DNA from: Mobula hypostoma
Taxonomy: Eukaryota
Length of the DNA: 64,000 nt
NCBI RefSeq assembly: GCF_963921235.1
Contig: NC_086118.1
Coordinates: forward strand, 14,386,001 to 14,450,000
Direction: 5' to 3'
The notes below the pieces were generated by a model. That model saw only the letters and a program-made list of their open reading frames with translations, had not been told where the DNA came from and ran no database searches. This document shows positions 37,320 through 49,619 of this stretch, in pieces (the first letter of the stretch is position 1; each line of letters starts with the position of its first letter). A program made the position numbers and the translations under genes.

Positions 37320-40070
37320 AACCAGGCTGAAGAGTAGAGTTATGAGGCCTCCTCTGCCTTGCATCTTGTTGGCGAATATGCAGTCAGTAGAAAATAAGAC
37401 TGACGATCTCAGTGTAAGGCTGCTGTATCAGATGCAGATGAGGCAGGTATCAATTGTTTGTTGCACAGAAACTTGGTTAAGTGTGGATACACCAGCTGCA
37501 GTGATATGACCAGAAGCTTTTACGATTTTCAGAACGGATCGAACAGTGAATTCTGGTAAGGAAAGAAGTGGCAGCTTGTGCTTTTTGGTCAATTCTTGTT
37601 AGTGCACAGATGTTGGGACTATGTCATCTTCTTGTTACCCTGACTTAGAACAACTAACAATTAGATATAGATCTTTCTCATTGCCTCGGGAGATCTCATC
37701 CGTGATACTGACCACAGTTTATATAGCAGCAGTGGCCAATTACAAGCAAGCGTTTACAAAACTGCTCGATGTTGTCTGCAAGGAAGAAACAGCTCATCCC
37801 GACTTGTTTCAAATTGTATTTGGTGACTTCTACCAGGTCTGTTTGAAGAAAACCCTGCCCCATTATCATCAGCGTGTAACCTTGCACGAGAGGTCCCACA
37901 CCACAATAAGGAATGCTCATCGCTCCTTCCAGAGACCACAGTTTGGCAAGTCAGATCATTTGGCTGTACTCCTGCTACCTACATACAGACAGAACCTAAA
38001 GAGCAAGGCTCCAGAGATCGAGACACCCAAGAGGTGGTCACGGGAGGCAGAGGAATGGTTACAGGATTGCCTTGAGTCGGTGGACTGGTCCGTGTTCAAG
38101 AAATCATCTGAGGACCTGAATGACTACACCAGGGTCAGTCAGGCTTCATTGAAACAACTGTGAATGAGTGTGTCCCCACGAAATCGTTCAGGGTTTTCCC
38201 CAATCAGAAGCCCTGGATGAACAATGAAATCTGGAATCGACTGAGAGTCAGATCAGAGGTATTCGAGTCTGGAGATCAAGAACGCTATGTGGTGCCGGTA
38301 TGATCTCTGAAAAGGTATCTCTCAGATGAAGTGGAGATTCCAGACCAGACTGCGGCACAGTTTGAATGCCATAATCTTGTACAAAGCTAAATCGTGTGAC
38401 ATAGGGGACAGTAGAGCTTCGTTTCCAGATGAGCTCGATGCCTTCTATGCTCGCTTTGATCACCAGAACAGGGAGGAGCCATCATGCACCCCCATGTCTC
38501 CCGATGATCCTTTGGTCTCAGTGTCTGCGATGACGGTGCGGTCTGCCTTCAAGAGAGTGAATCCAAGGAAAGAATCTGCTGTGGACGGAGTACATGGCTG
38601 AGTACTGAAGACCTGTGCTGACCAATTGGCTGGTGTATTCACAGATATCTTCAACCTCTCCCTCTGCTTCAAGCAGGCTTCAATCGTACCAGTGCCCAAG
38701 AAGAGCATGGTAACCCGTCAAAATAACTATTGCCCAAAGGCACTTACATCCAGTGATGAAGTGTTTTGAGAGGCTGGTGTTGAAGCATATCAGCTCCTGT
38801 CTGAGTAGCAACTTGGATCTGCTCCAATCCGCTTTCCATAGCAGCAGGTCTACAGCAGCTGCTATCTTGTTGGCTCTTCACACAACCACGGAACACCTGG
38901 ATAGCAAAGATGCATACACCAGGATGCTCTTTATCAATTACAACTCAGCATTTAACACCGTCAGTAAACTCCAATAACCCCCTTGTGCAATTGGATACTG
39001 GATTTCCTCACTTATAGAGCCCAGTCAGTTCAAATTGGCAAAACCATCTCCTCCATAATCTCTGTCAGCACAGGAGCACTGCAGGGATGTGTACTTTGCC
39101 CCCTGCCCTACTCACTTTACACCTATGACTGTGTGGCTAAGTACAGCTCCAATCCCATATGCAAGTTTGCTGACGATACCACTGTTATGGGCTGTATCAA
39201 ATGGGGTGATGAATCAGCATACAGGATGGAGATTGAAAATTTGGCTGAGTGGTGTAATAACAACAACCTCTCACTCAATGATAATCAGACCAAGGAACTG
39301 ATAGTGGACTTCAGGAGAAGGAAACCAGAGGTCCATGAGCCAGTGATCATTGGAAGATCAACAGTGAAGATTGTCAGTACCTTTAAAGTCCTGGCATCAC
39401 TACCTCAGAGGACTTGTCCTGGACCCATCATATAAATATAATTGTGAAGAAAGCACAACAGCACTTCTACGTCCTCAGGAGTGCAGAGATTTGGGATGTC
39501 GTTGAAAACCTTGGCAAATTTCTATAGATGTGTGGTGGAATGTGCGCTGACTGCCTGCACTATGGCTTGGCGTTACCAATGCCTTTGTGTGAAAAGTCCT
39601 ACAAAAGGTAATGAATTTGGCCCAGTACATCATGGGTAAATTCCTCCCAACCATTGAGCACAACCACTTGAAACAAAGACATAGAAAAGCAGCATCCATA
39701 ATCAAAGATCGTCACCACCCAGGCCATGCTCTTTTCTCACTGCTGCCATCAGGTTGAAGGTACAAGAGCCTCAGGACTCACACCACCAGGTTCAAGAACA
39801 GTTACTACCCCTCAACCATCATGCTCTTGAACAAAATGGGATAGCTACACTCATTTAAGAACTCTATTATATTGTTATTTCATGGTCTTTATTTATTGCT
39901 ATTTATTTATATCTGCATTTGCACAGTACATTAACAGTGAACAGTTCCTGATGTTTACAGTTTACAGTTACTGTTCTATAAATTTTTAAGTATGCCCGCA
40001 GAAAAAAAATCTCAGGATTGTATGTGGTGACATGTATGTACCCTGATAATCAATTTTACTTTGAACTTTG
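37320..40070 (+). mobile_element. Near full-length degenerate Rex1/Babar LINE (AP endonuclease plus RT)
   Basis: [46 protein letters not shown], and a TTTGAACTTTGA tail. Confidence 0.9.
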
Positions 40071-42159
40071 ATTTCAAATAAAACTTTAAAATACTACTTG
40101 TTCAATGTATAAAATGAAATGGTGGAATAGCATTTCTTATAGTCTATAAAAGAAGACAATTCCAGTCAGCTTTAAGCCCTAAAATGCTATAAATCTGGAT
40201 TTTTGGATCTATAGGTCCTGCATTTTCATGACGAAGAATAGTGTTTGATGGAATGGCAAGGTTAAGCACATCACAATCACATCAGATGCATATCCAAATG
40301 CACCAGTAATCATGCAGGGATATTAAGCCAAGCTATTCGTTCATTCAGCTTGGGATACCCAAGCGACAATGTGGTCTTTGTAGTGCATTGCCAGACTGTT
40401 GTAATCTCACTGTAATAATCTCCATACTTATCTATTATCTTCTGATTGCACCCATTCTGGCTGCAATCTGATCAGCTCAGGTTCTGAGGTACAGCCCTCG
40501 ATCGCCAGCAAGACACTTAAGATGCTAGAGGAACTCAGCAGGTTGGACAGCATCCATGGAAATGAACACACCGATGTTATGGGCTGGGACTGAAGCCATA
40601 TCATGTGGAGATTCATTTTCTTGCAGGCATCCACAGGAAAATAAAGAACTTCAATTGAATCCATGACAAAACAATATCTAACAAAGATGAGCAAACATCA
40701 AATGTGCAAAAGGGGACAAATTGTACAAATAATTTAAAGAAGTGTATATAAATAATACAGAAAATGAATCTCTGAAAGTGAGTCTACAGACTGTGAAGTG
40801 AGTTCAGTGCTGAAGCAAGTGAAGCCATCCACGCTGGTCCAGGAGTCCAGTGGTCGTAGGGCAACAACTGTTTTTGAATTTGGTGGTGTGGGACACAAAT
40901 CTCCTGCACCTCCTGCCTGATGATAGTAGCGAACAGAGAGGGAGACAGGACAAACATGGGTTAACAGGATGGGCTCAAGTAAGGGATGTTGGCTGGCAGT
41001 AGTGGGGCTGAACGTAGACTTATGGGCCTCAAACTCACTAATCAACAATTCTGATACTCTTTATAGCAATGCCTAATAATGATCTCTACCTTCTGGCTCC
41101 ACTGGAGGCTTTGGAGTCATCATAGCTGTCTTTAATTGCCTCCTCCCTACTTTCCAGAAGATATCTGGGTCTGAAAGTAAACACTTCGTTGCATTTCTTC
41201 TCCTGGATCACAGATTCTGGAGAATATTTCTACTTCCAGAAGCTGGATGAGTGGGAGGAAGTCATTAATTACTCTTCCACCAAAAAGGTCCACTTTTGTG
41301 AGGCTGCAAGTTAATTCAACAAACATCTTTCACCTCATTTATGAGCCTGGTCTGGATTGATCAGATTGGCTCTACAATTGTCATTAGTCTGGGAGACCCA
41401 GCAGAAGCCTCCATTTACCATTGTCCTGACCAACTATCTCCTTAATTAATGTATTAGAAAACCTTGTCCATTTGAGTTCCAGCTTACAATACCATTTGTA
41501 AATAGTAGGCAAAGAGGGTTATCAGTGCATTAATTGTATGTGGGCTGACACTACTGCACAAACAACTGAAAGGGTATTTATTGCATTATTGTAGGGGCTG
41601 TTACTTGGAAGAGACATCTAACTGTTGTGTCAACTGTTTCTTCAGGAAGTTATATTCCGACCTATGGTTTCTTCCAAAAACAGAGATTCAGTGACTATTT
41701 ATTCATTCTTTGCTTAGAATATTAATATTAATAAAAAGCTTAATTTACTTCAGATCCCTATTTTTTGTATTCTTATAGCAAATTCTGGTGCTGTAAATCT
41801 AAAATAAAACAAGAAAATGTTGAAACTATCCAGGTAATGGAGATGGGCGCAAAATCTGAAGTTCTAACAGAAGATCATGAACTCTGTTCTCTTTCCACAG
41901 GTGTTATTTGCCCTGCTAGATATTCACAGCAATTTCTGCTTTTATCTAACAATTTTTAAATAATTATTATTCATTCATGACATGTAGAATTCACTGTGAA
42001 GACCCACCCTAAACTTCCATTGAGAAGGTGTTGCCTTTTTGACTCATTGCAGATACTGTTCTGAGAGCAGTGCCACAGAAAGTAAGGGAATCCAAAAATT
42101 TAACTTGGGTGACAATAAAGGCAAATCAATACATTTCCAAGTCAAAATAGATATATTTA

Positions 42160-42752
42160 TTTGAGGCCCTCTATTGGATGGTGTCGATAATGGGTGTTGT
42201 GTCCTAGCAGTCTACATGATGTGCAGGCCAGGGCAGTATGATATGGAGAGCAAGCTGTTGCCCTGTAGTTGGCTTCCCCTCTCCACGCAGCTGATGAATC
42301 CAAAGGAACAGCAGAGACCCATACAGTTTGGTACCAGCATGATCACAGGAGTTGCCAGTCAGTGTTGAACTCAAAACAGGACTGACTTCGGGATCCCAGC
42401 TCCAGATTTTCCCTCAGAGTTTACTTCCAAAGCCTTCCCCATGAATAGGTATAATTGCAAGGCAGTGTAGGTTTGAGATCAGAGCTTTCCTTCTCCTAGA
42501 TGAGCTGCTAACCGTGACTGACTAGCTCCATCTGCCCGAAGTGACTGGTTTTAAAGTGCCAGTAACCCACCTTTGCCCCTTCTGCTGTCAGTAGAAATGG
42601 TTCCAGCAGGCTTAATAGCTAAGCCACATGTGAAGGCCAGGAGCTGGACTGGGTTGTCAGAGGCTATTTGAGAGACACACCATCGGGAGCATTTAATAGT
42701 TAGTGAGAGCTTAACCCCACTAACACCCCCAGCTTAACAACCTTAAGAAACC
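42160..42752 (-). mobile_element. Non-coding RTE-derived (SINE-like) element, un-rearranged copy
   Basis: Homologous to 10173-10725. A-rich tail on the minus strand and TATATTTAT near both ends. Confidence 0.65.
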
Positions 42753-43309
42753 TACAGTATATTTATCCAGGACAGTTAAAAGAATCCAGTGACCTTTAGT
42801 GTTTAGAAGGATTGCATTTCAAAACATATTAATTGAATCGGAAGCCTTTGGCATTGCAATGAAATGCTACATAAGCTTAAATGTTTCCTCCTTACTTCAT
42901 ACCTAAAGCATATTTTCTGGGGGAAAAAATGTGATGCCAGTCTACTGCCAATGAAAGGTTGAATTACAGACTTGCTTATCAGAGACAGGAGTTGTGTGCA
43001 AGTGCTTTAAGTAGCTTTCTCAGATTACTGTTGAAAAAGTGGGTAATTAAGTTGTACAGCACAATAGTACATGGAATGCAAAATGCATGTTGATTCCAGA
43101 CACCTAGGAGAAAAATGTGTTCCTTTTGGTGGCATTACTAAATGTATTAGTTGATTAGTATGCTCAACATGAAGTTTCCCAGATCACACATATAAGATGT
43201 GCCATCATTGGCCAAGATGCAATTGCTATCACGCATTATAGCAACATGCCTGGTGCCTGGATGCACAAGGCACGGTTATGCTGAATTGCATAGAGGTGGC
43301 TGTGAAAGG

Positions 43310-44635
43310 GCAACACACACAAAATGCAGGAGAAACTCAGCAGATCAGGCAGCATTTATGGAAATGAATAAACAGTTGACGTTTTGGGCTGAGAGCCTTC
43401 TTCAGGATGTGAAATGAAGGGAGTAGACACCAGAATAAAAAGATGAGGGGAGGGAGGAGAAGGAGGACTAGCTTGAGGATGATAGGTGAATCCAGGCAGG
43501 TGGGAAGGGTAAAGGGCTGGAGAAGAAGGGATCTGATAGAAGGGGAGAGTGGACCATGGGAGAAAGGGAAGAAGGGAAGGTGATGGGCAGGTAAGGAGAA
43601 GAGGTAAGAGGGCAGAGCGGGAAATAGAAGAAGAGGAAAGGGAGAGGAGAAAAAATTACCAGAAGGAGAGCGGGAAATAGAAGAAGAGGAAAGGGAGAGG
43701 AGAAAAAATTACCAGAAGGAGAAATTGATGTTCACGCCATCAGGTTGGAGGCTACCTAGATGGAATATGTTGCCCCTCCACCCTGATGAAAATGAGGTGG
43801 TCAAGGCCAGGGAATTGAATGTTGTTGAGGAGGTGAAAAACATGTGAAGTGTTGCAGATTTAGGTGAGAAGGGACTGAATCAAGGAGGATGGAATGGAAC
43901 TGAGGTACATAAACATGAGTTCAGTGGGGCAGGAGAAGGCAGAGACAATGGGCCTACCTGGACAGTCAGGTTTGTGGATCTTGAGTAGGAGTTAGAAATG
44001 AGTAAGGGAACGAAGGTGACAGTGGATGTGAGTTCTCCAGAGTTGGTGAGGTTAGAGATGGTGTTGGAGACAATTTTCTGATGGTCCAGAGCGGGTAAGT
44101 TAGAGAAGGTGTCTGTGAGTACGTGCCTGGCTTCAGCAAGGTGGAGGTCAGTCTGCCACACTACAACAGCAAACAAAAGAAAATCTGTAGATGTTGGAAA
44201 TCTGAGCAACACACACAAAATGCTGAAGGAACTCAGCAGGTTCAGCAGCATCTATGAAAAAGTACAGTGGATGGAGGGATTTGGCTGGAAAAGTTGACTC
44301 TACAACTGCACCCCCTTTTTCTGCAGGTTTGATGGTAAGGTTGAGATTGGTACGGAGAGCGTGGAAGGCAATGTAGTCTGAGGGGGTAAGGTTTGAAGAG
44401 GAGAGAGGAGTGCTGAAGTCAAGCCAGTTGATGTCTCATCAGCAATTAGAGATGAAAAGATCCAAAGCAGACAGAGAGCCTGAGTGGGGTGTCTAAGAAG
44501 AGGAGCAGGGTTGGAGACGGGAGAAGGTTTTCTTTGGTGCAGGGTGGGGATTTTTTTGCCAAAGAAGTGGGATTGGAGAGGGAGGCAATTGAAGAAGAGT
44601 TTGATGTCATGGCAGATGCAGAACTCACTGAGGTA
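43310..44635 (-). mobile_element. Degenerate Penelope-like element (RT N-terminal remnants plus terminal repeat) with a second repeat nested at about 44168-44300
   Basis: EFCICHDIKLFFNCLPLQSHFFG and DHQKIVSNTISNLTNSGEL remnants. CTTCTTCAGGA hammerhead relic near 43400. Confidence 0.72.
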
Positions 44636-45353
44636 ACAATACGGAGTGTGGAAGTATGCTAGGATGTGTATGTCTGTGCTTGAGTGCATTTTGGAGTTTT
44701 TCCATGTATGTATATGTCTTGAATCTTTGCAGCAGAGCTTGACTTGGTCCTCCTTGACACTGGGCCAAGCAGTCTCAGTCCAGTCTGCATCGTAACTGGT
44801 TTCCAATATGGAAGCTACTGTGTTCATGACATGAATCTTTACTTCTCAACAGTACAAGTACGTCTACCAAAGAAGATTTGCTTGCATTCCTTTCAAATTT
44901 GTCAGAAAGCTGATTCTCATATGATGGATTGTATAAGAAAAGAGCTTTTAGCAATTTTACATTTCCAAGTGGAATCCATCAAATTCTTATTCGGAGAGGT
45001 ATGTGCCTCAATGAATCTGCATGTATTTGCTTATCGTTTCTGGAGCTGTGCTTCATAGTTGAGGAATGCAGCTACCTACTGTTGGCCAACCTTTATAACC
45101 TCATCATCTCACATGTTTCTGGCTGTCAGAGTTCAGTATTTAATGGGAAGATTCAGCAGTCGCAGATTTGTTTTTCAGAGAATGGGACATTTACTGTATA
45201 TATTCTTTGCAAGAGTAATGCGCAGCACAGTTTAATTGAAGCTTTAGGTCTTCAAGGTAAAAGTTGATTGGAATAGGAGGTAGAAGTGAAACTATTCTTT
45301 GCAAAGGTTTGATGTGATTGAGCTCAAAATATTTTACATATTGTTAAACTGAA

Positions 45354-45385
<32 letters not shown>

Positions 45386-45709
45386 CAGAGGTAATACAAA
45401 CATTAGAGTATTTTGGCAGAGATACCTATTTGTAAATACTTCTGCATCTGTGGTCAATCATAAAATTAGTGGGTATCCAGGGATGTTGTTTCTCAGTCCA
45501 GCTCATCAACTTCAGTCCTGCACTTACTTTGGGTACAGGTTTTCACTCCTTTGTGTGCATCCAAATTTATGGTTGACTCCCTAGAGGTGCCACCCGGTGT
45601 CCACTTGTGAAGGAAGGTCATTGACCCGAAACATTAATCCTGTTCTCTCCACAGTTGCTACTTGATTTGATCAGTTTTCTGGCACTTTGTTTTCTGTATT
45701 AAATTTCTA

Positions 45710-47035
45710 TTCTACTCTCTCTACATCATGACTGTTTGCCTATGCAAGGCTCAGATACAATTATATAAATTTTCTGATGACACGACTGTTGCTGGCAGAA
45801 TTTCATATGGCGATATGGAGGTGTACAGGGGTGAGGTAGACCCACTGGTTGAGAGGCGTAGAACCAATGAAGTTGCACTCAATGTCCGCAATATCAAGGA
45901 ATTAATTGTGTACTTTGGAAGCAGGAAGTCAGGAGAAAAAACTAGTCATCATTGAGGGGTCTGTGGAGGAAAAGGAGAGCAACTTCAAGTTCCTAGGCAT
46001 CAACATCTCAGAGGATTGACCTGGGTGCAAAAAAATTGATGCAATCTCAAAAAGAGGCACACCAGCAGCTCTATTTCATTAGCAGTGTGAAGAGGCTTGG
46101 AACGCCACCTAAGCATCTTGCAAATTTCTGTAGACGCACGGTGGAAAGCACTGACTAGTTGCATCACAGCCAGGTATGGAGGCTCCAATGCACGGGATTG
46201 CAAGGGTCTGCACAGGGTTGTAGACTCAGCCTGTTCCATCACAGGCATAACCCTTTCTGCCATTGAGGACATCTTCAAGAGATGCTGCACTAAGAAGATA
46301 GCATCCATCATTAAAGACCCTCACCATTCAGGATATGGCCTCTTCGCGTTGCTACCGTTGGGGAGTGTTAGGGAGTATTCTGGAGTTATATGAACATAGT
46401 AGGTATTAATTTGAACAAGAACCAGTCTTCATATGCATTAGCCAACCATTATGATAGTGGGATTGTTTTAAGTGCCCTGCATCAACTATGGGTTTTAAAA
46501 CTTTGCACCATTGCAAATGTAAATAAATTCAGGAAGGTTGCAATTAGATTCAGAGGCATCTCCCACTGTAGATATGTAATTCAAAGAAAACAGTGACAAC
46601 CCAAAATATCGAAGTAAATAAAATCACTGTAACTATTGAAATTGTACTGCATCACCTACTGTTATCTTTGATCTTAAGGGTATAAAAATACGATGTACAT
46701 ACTTTTGAATTTGCGAGCCTCTACCAAGTGTGTCTCCAGAAGAATGCCTGCTTGTTATGCTAAATAAAGACCTTTATATCACCAGCTTCAGTGTCTCTTC
46801 CGTGACTTCGATTACAGTCAAAGCAGGGAAGAGGTACAGGAGCTCAATATGATGAACACTCAATATTTTAAGAATAAATTCTTCCCTTCTGCCATCAGAT
46901 TTCTGAATGATCCATGATCACTTGTTATTTGTCCTTTGTACTACTTACTAATTTTATAATAATTTTCATGGCTTATACTGTACTGCTGCCAAAAAAAAAC
47001 AAATTTCACATCAGTGCTAATAAACGTGTTCTAAT
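45710..47035 (+). mobile_element. Rex1/Babar LINE 3' fragment split by a solo LTR
   Basis: YKFSDDTTVAGRI and ASIIKDPHHSGYGLFALLP. The host resumes at GAGGTACAGGAGC after 46830. Confidence 0.8.
46366..46825 (+). mobile_element. Solo LTR (460 bp)
   Basis: TG..CA termini, GGGAG/GGGAA flanks, TATAAAA at about 46681 and AATAAA at about 46763. Confidence 0.72.
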
Positions 47036-48987
47036 TCTATAAAGTGTAGCAGTGATGTTGACTTATTTAGTCAAAACAGGGAAAATGGCAGACTGAAAAA
47101 AACTCAAGTTAAACTCACTGGGAATATAATGACCACATCGTAGTTCCATGGGGAATATGTCCTGTTTATTACCGTAGATTTGAAGAAGTAGTATATTATC
47201 TTACAATGTGATTTGTCCAGTGGTAGAGATATAATTTTAAGCTAATATATGATGGAGGTATGTTTGATTGTAATCACTGGCTGAAATCTTTGTCCAAAAT
47301 CCAAACAAAATGGGGATAATAGACTTTATTTTAATGCAGTTGATTTTTATCAAATGTATTTACAGGAATGTGTGGCAGATCTTATCTAATCTTCTGTTAC
47401 ATGGTCCACGTCATTTGAAAAGCTTGTGTAAGATTTTTACTGGAATGGTTGTCAAGCCTTTAAAAGGAAAGATGGTTCAAACTCTTTAATTATTTTCCTC
47501 AGCCTCTGCAATGTGCAGTATGTAGAAAATGACACTAGACCTGGTACAGACTTGTGGCTATGTAAGCAATGAACTCCAGCCAACCTCCTAATTATAGGTT
47601 AAGATAAATTGTCAAATAAATAATCACACACTTACTCTGTTTTGTGTTTTAAATTCTGGCAGAGCAGATGACATTTGGAAGATTGGAGATTTTGGACGAA
47701 ATCCAAGTTTAATTTAATTTGCCCTGGAAAAAAAAATTATTTTGCTCTGAATTTTGACATTATAGAGTGGGATGTTGCCTTTTTAACACGACACATTAGT
47801 AGACCTTATAATAATACTGTAAGACTCGATAAGACTTATCATATATTCCAGTCAATAATCTTTTGATTGAAGTCAACTGCTTTGTAATCAAGTTTATTTT
47901 CACTATTTTGTTTGGATTTTGCACCAAACTGAGATTTACAGGTATTCTTTCCCACTGTTTTAAAAGTGGTATTACTCCATTTATTGAAGGGATTTAAACC
48001 CAGAGTTAGCTGTGGATGATTAATGAGTCACACATGCTATAAATCTGCATTCTGGATGATTGATAAAAATGCTTTATTCAACATGCATTTTTGCTTTCCG
48101 CTCCATGAACTCTATTATTTATCATATAGTTGTTTTACTTTTGGATTTTGCCCCCTCCCTCACACATACCAAGTCTCAATGGAGTTTAGTTACTGTGTGA
48201 CCCTGCTTCCTGCAGCTCACCCAACCTCAAGTTATTGTAATGTACCCTCACCATACTTTGCATATGACAGTGTAAAACCCGCAGCAAAGTCACAGGCACA
48301 CAGGTACAGACAAAACTAAGAACAGGAGCATTATTCAAATCTGACTTTGCCCCAGCTGCCCCATGAAAATACTTTAAGGGACAGATTGCTGACTCAGCAT
48401 TATTATGAGTAACATTTTGATAGAGGTCAGTTGCTCAGTACAGCTGAGGATCGGTCCTGTCTTCTTCGATCTGTGAAGAGTAGTATTAAACTAGATGGAG
48501 CAGTTACTGCCAGGCAATTGGAGAAGATCATGTAGCCTGTGTTCCTTAAAAACAGTACTCAGCTCAAAAAGTAACATATGGAAATCTTGTTTCATATGTT
48601 TATCTCTAGTGCTAGGGTACCTGCAAAGATTGACAGTGGGAAATTATGCAGGATTCTATGTCCTCAATGTATGCCTAAACCAATGTACCATACCTTGTTA
48701 TTACTACCCGTATATTAGCTTAAGAACTATTTAACAGGTTACAACATGGACCTTCTGTGGTTTGGCATATTAGGCTGAGCTGACTGCTATAAGACTTTTT
48801 GTTGCTTTGTTGATATTGATGTAACAACAAAAGACTTCAATGTTCTGTGCTTTTCTCTCAGTTTTGTTAGTGTCCAGAAACATTGGTGTGTACAGTCTCC
48901 TCTTTCCCCCATTTTATTATTGAAGTTACCCCATCCGCTACATATTTGCAAGTCTGCTTCAAAACAGTGTAGTTCTTGGCCCTTTCA

Positions 48988-49457
48988 GTAACACCTTATA
49001 TTCCGTCTGGGTAGCCTCCAACCTAATGGCATGAATATTGACTTCTCTAACTTGCGTTAATGCCCCTCCTCCCCTTCACACCCCATCCCTTATTTATTTA
49101 TTTTATATATTTTTTATTCCCCCTCTTTTTTTCTCTCTCTCGTTTTTCTCCCTCTGTCCCTCTCACTATACGCCTTGCCTGCTCTCCACCCTCCGGGCTC
49201 CCCTCCCCACTTCTCTTTCTCCCCAGGCTTCCCGTCCCATGATCCTCTCCCTTCTCCAGCTCTTAGCTCCACCCCTCACCTCCTGTCTTCTCCTATCATT
49301 TAGGATCTCCCCTTCCCCCTCCCACTTTCAAATCTCTTACTATCTCTTCTTTCAGTTAGTCCTGAGGAAGGGTCTCAGCCCGAAACGTCGACTCTACCTC
49401 TTCCTATAGATGCTGCCTGGCCTGCTGCGTTCATCAGCATTTTTTGTGTGTGTTGCT
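48988..49457 (+). mobile_element. Penelope-like element 3' end
   Basis: HLIFRLGSLQPNGMNIDFSNLR* followed by the same terminal repeat as 12435-12808. Confidence 0.88.
49358..49393 (+). ncRNA. Minimal type I hammerhead ribozyme motif
   Basis: AGTC-CTGAGGA-A-GGGT(CTCA)GCCC-GAAA-C-GTC-GACT. Confidence 0.75.
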
Positions 49458-49619
49458 AGTAGTTTCTTCATATTGTGTTTCATGGAGCCATCAACCCTTA
49501 TGCTCATTGCTGCGAAAGGAATTACCTCATGTCCTCTAACAACTCTCTTGAACGTGAACTGTACTATGTACTTTGAGGTTTTACCCTTCCATTAATTTTC
49601 GCAAAATGATCTCCTGTTT

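Noticed and set aside
41880..41945. Strong-looking splice acceptor TCTCTTTCCACAG
   Set aside because: It lies within a degenerate Penelope terminal-repeat relic, with no matching donor or frame.
42590..42752. HDV-like ribozyme at the 5' end of the RTE-like element
   Set aside because: There is an L3-like TTCAC(A/G)T, but I could not build P1, P2 and P3 pairings convincingly.
44300..44827. 175-aa ORF as a host gene
   Set aside because: It is partly a frame-shifted Penelope RT N-terminal remnant, with no splice or start context.
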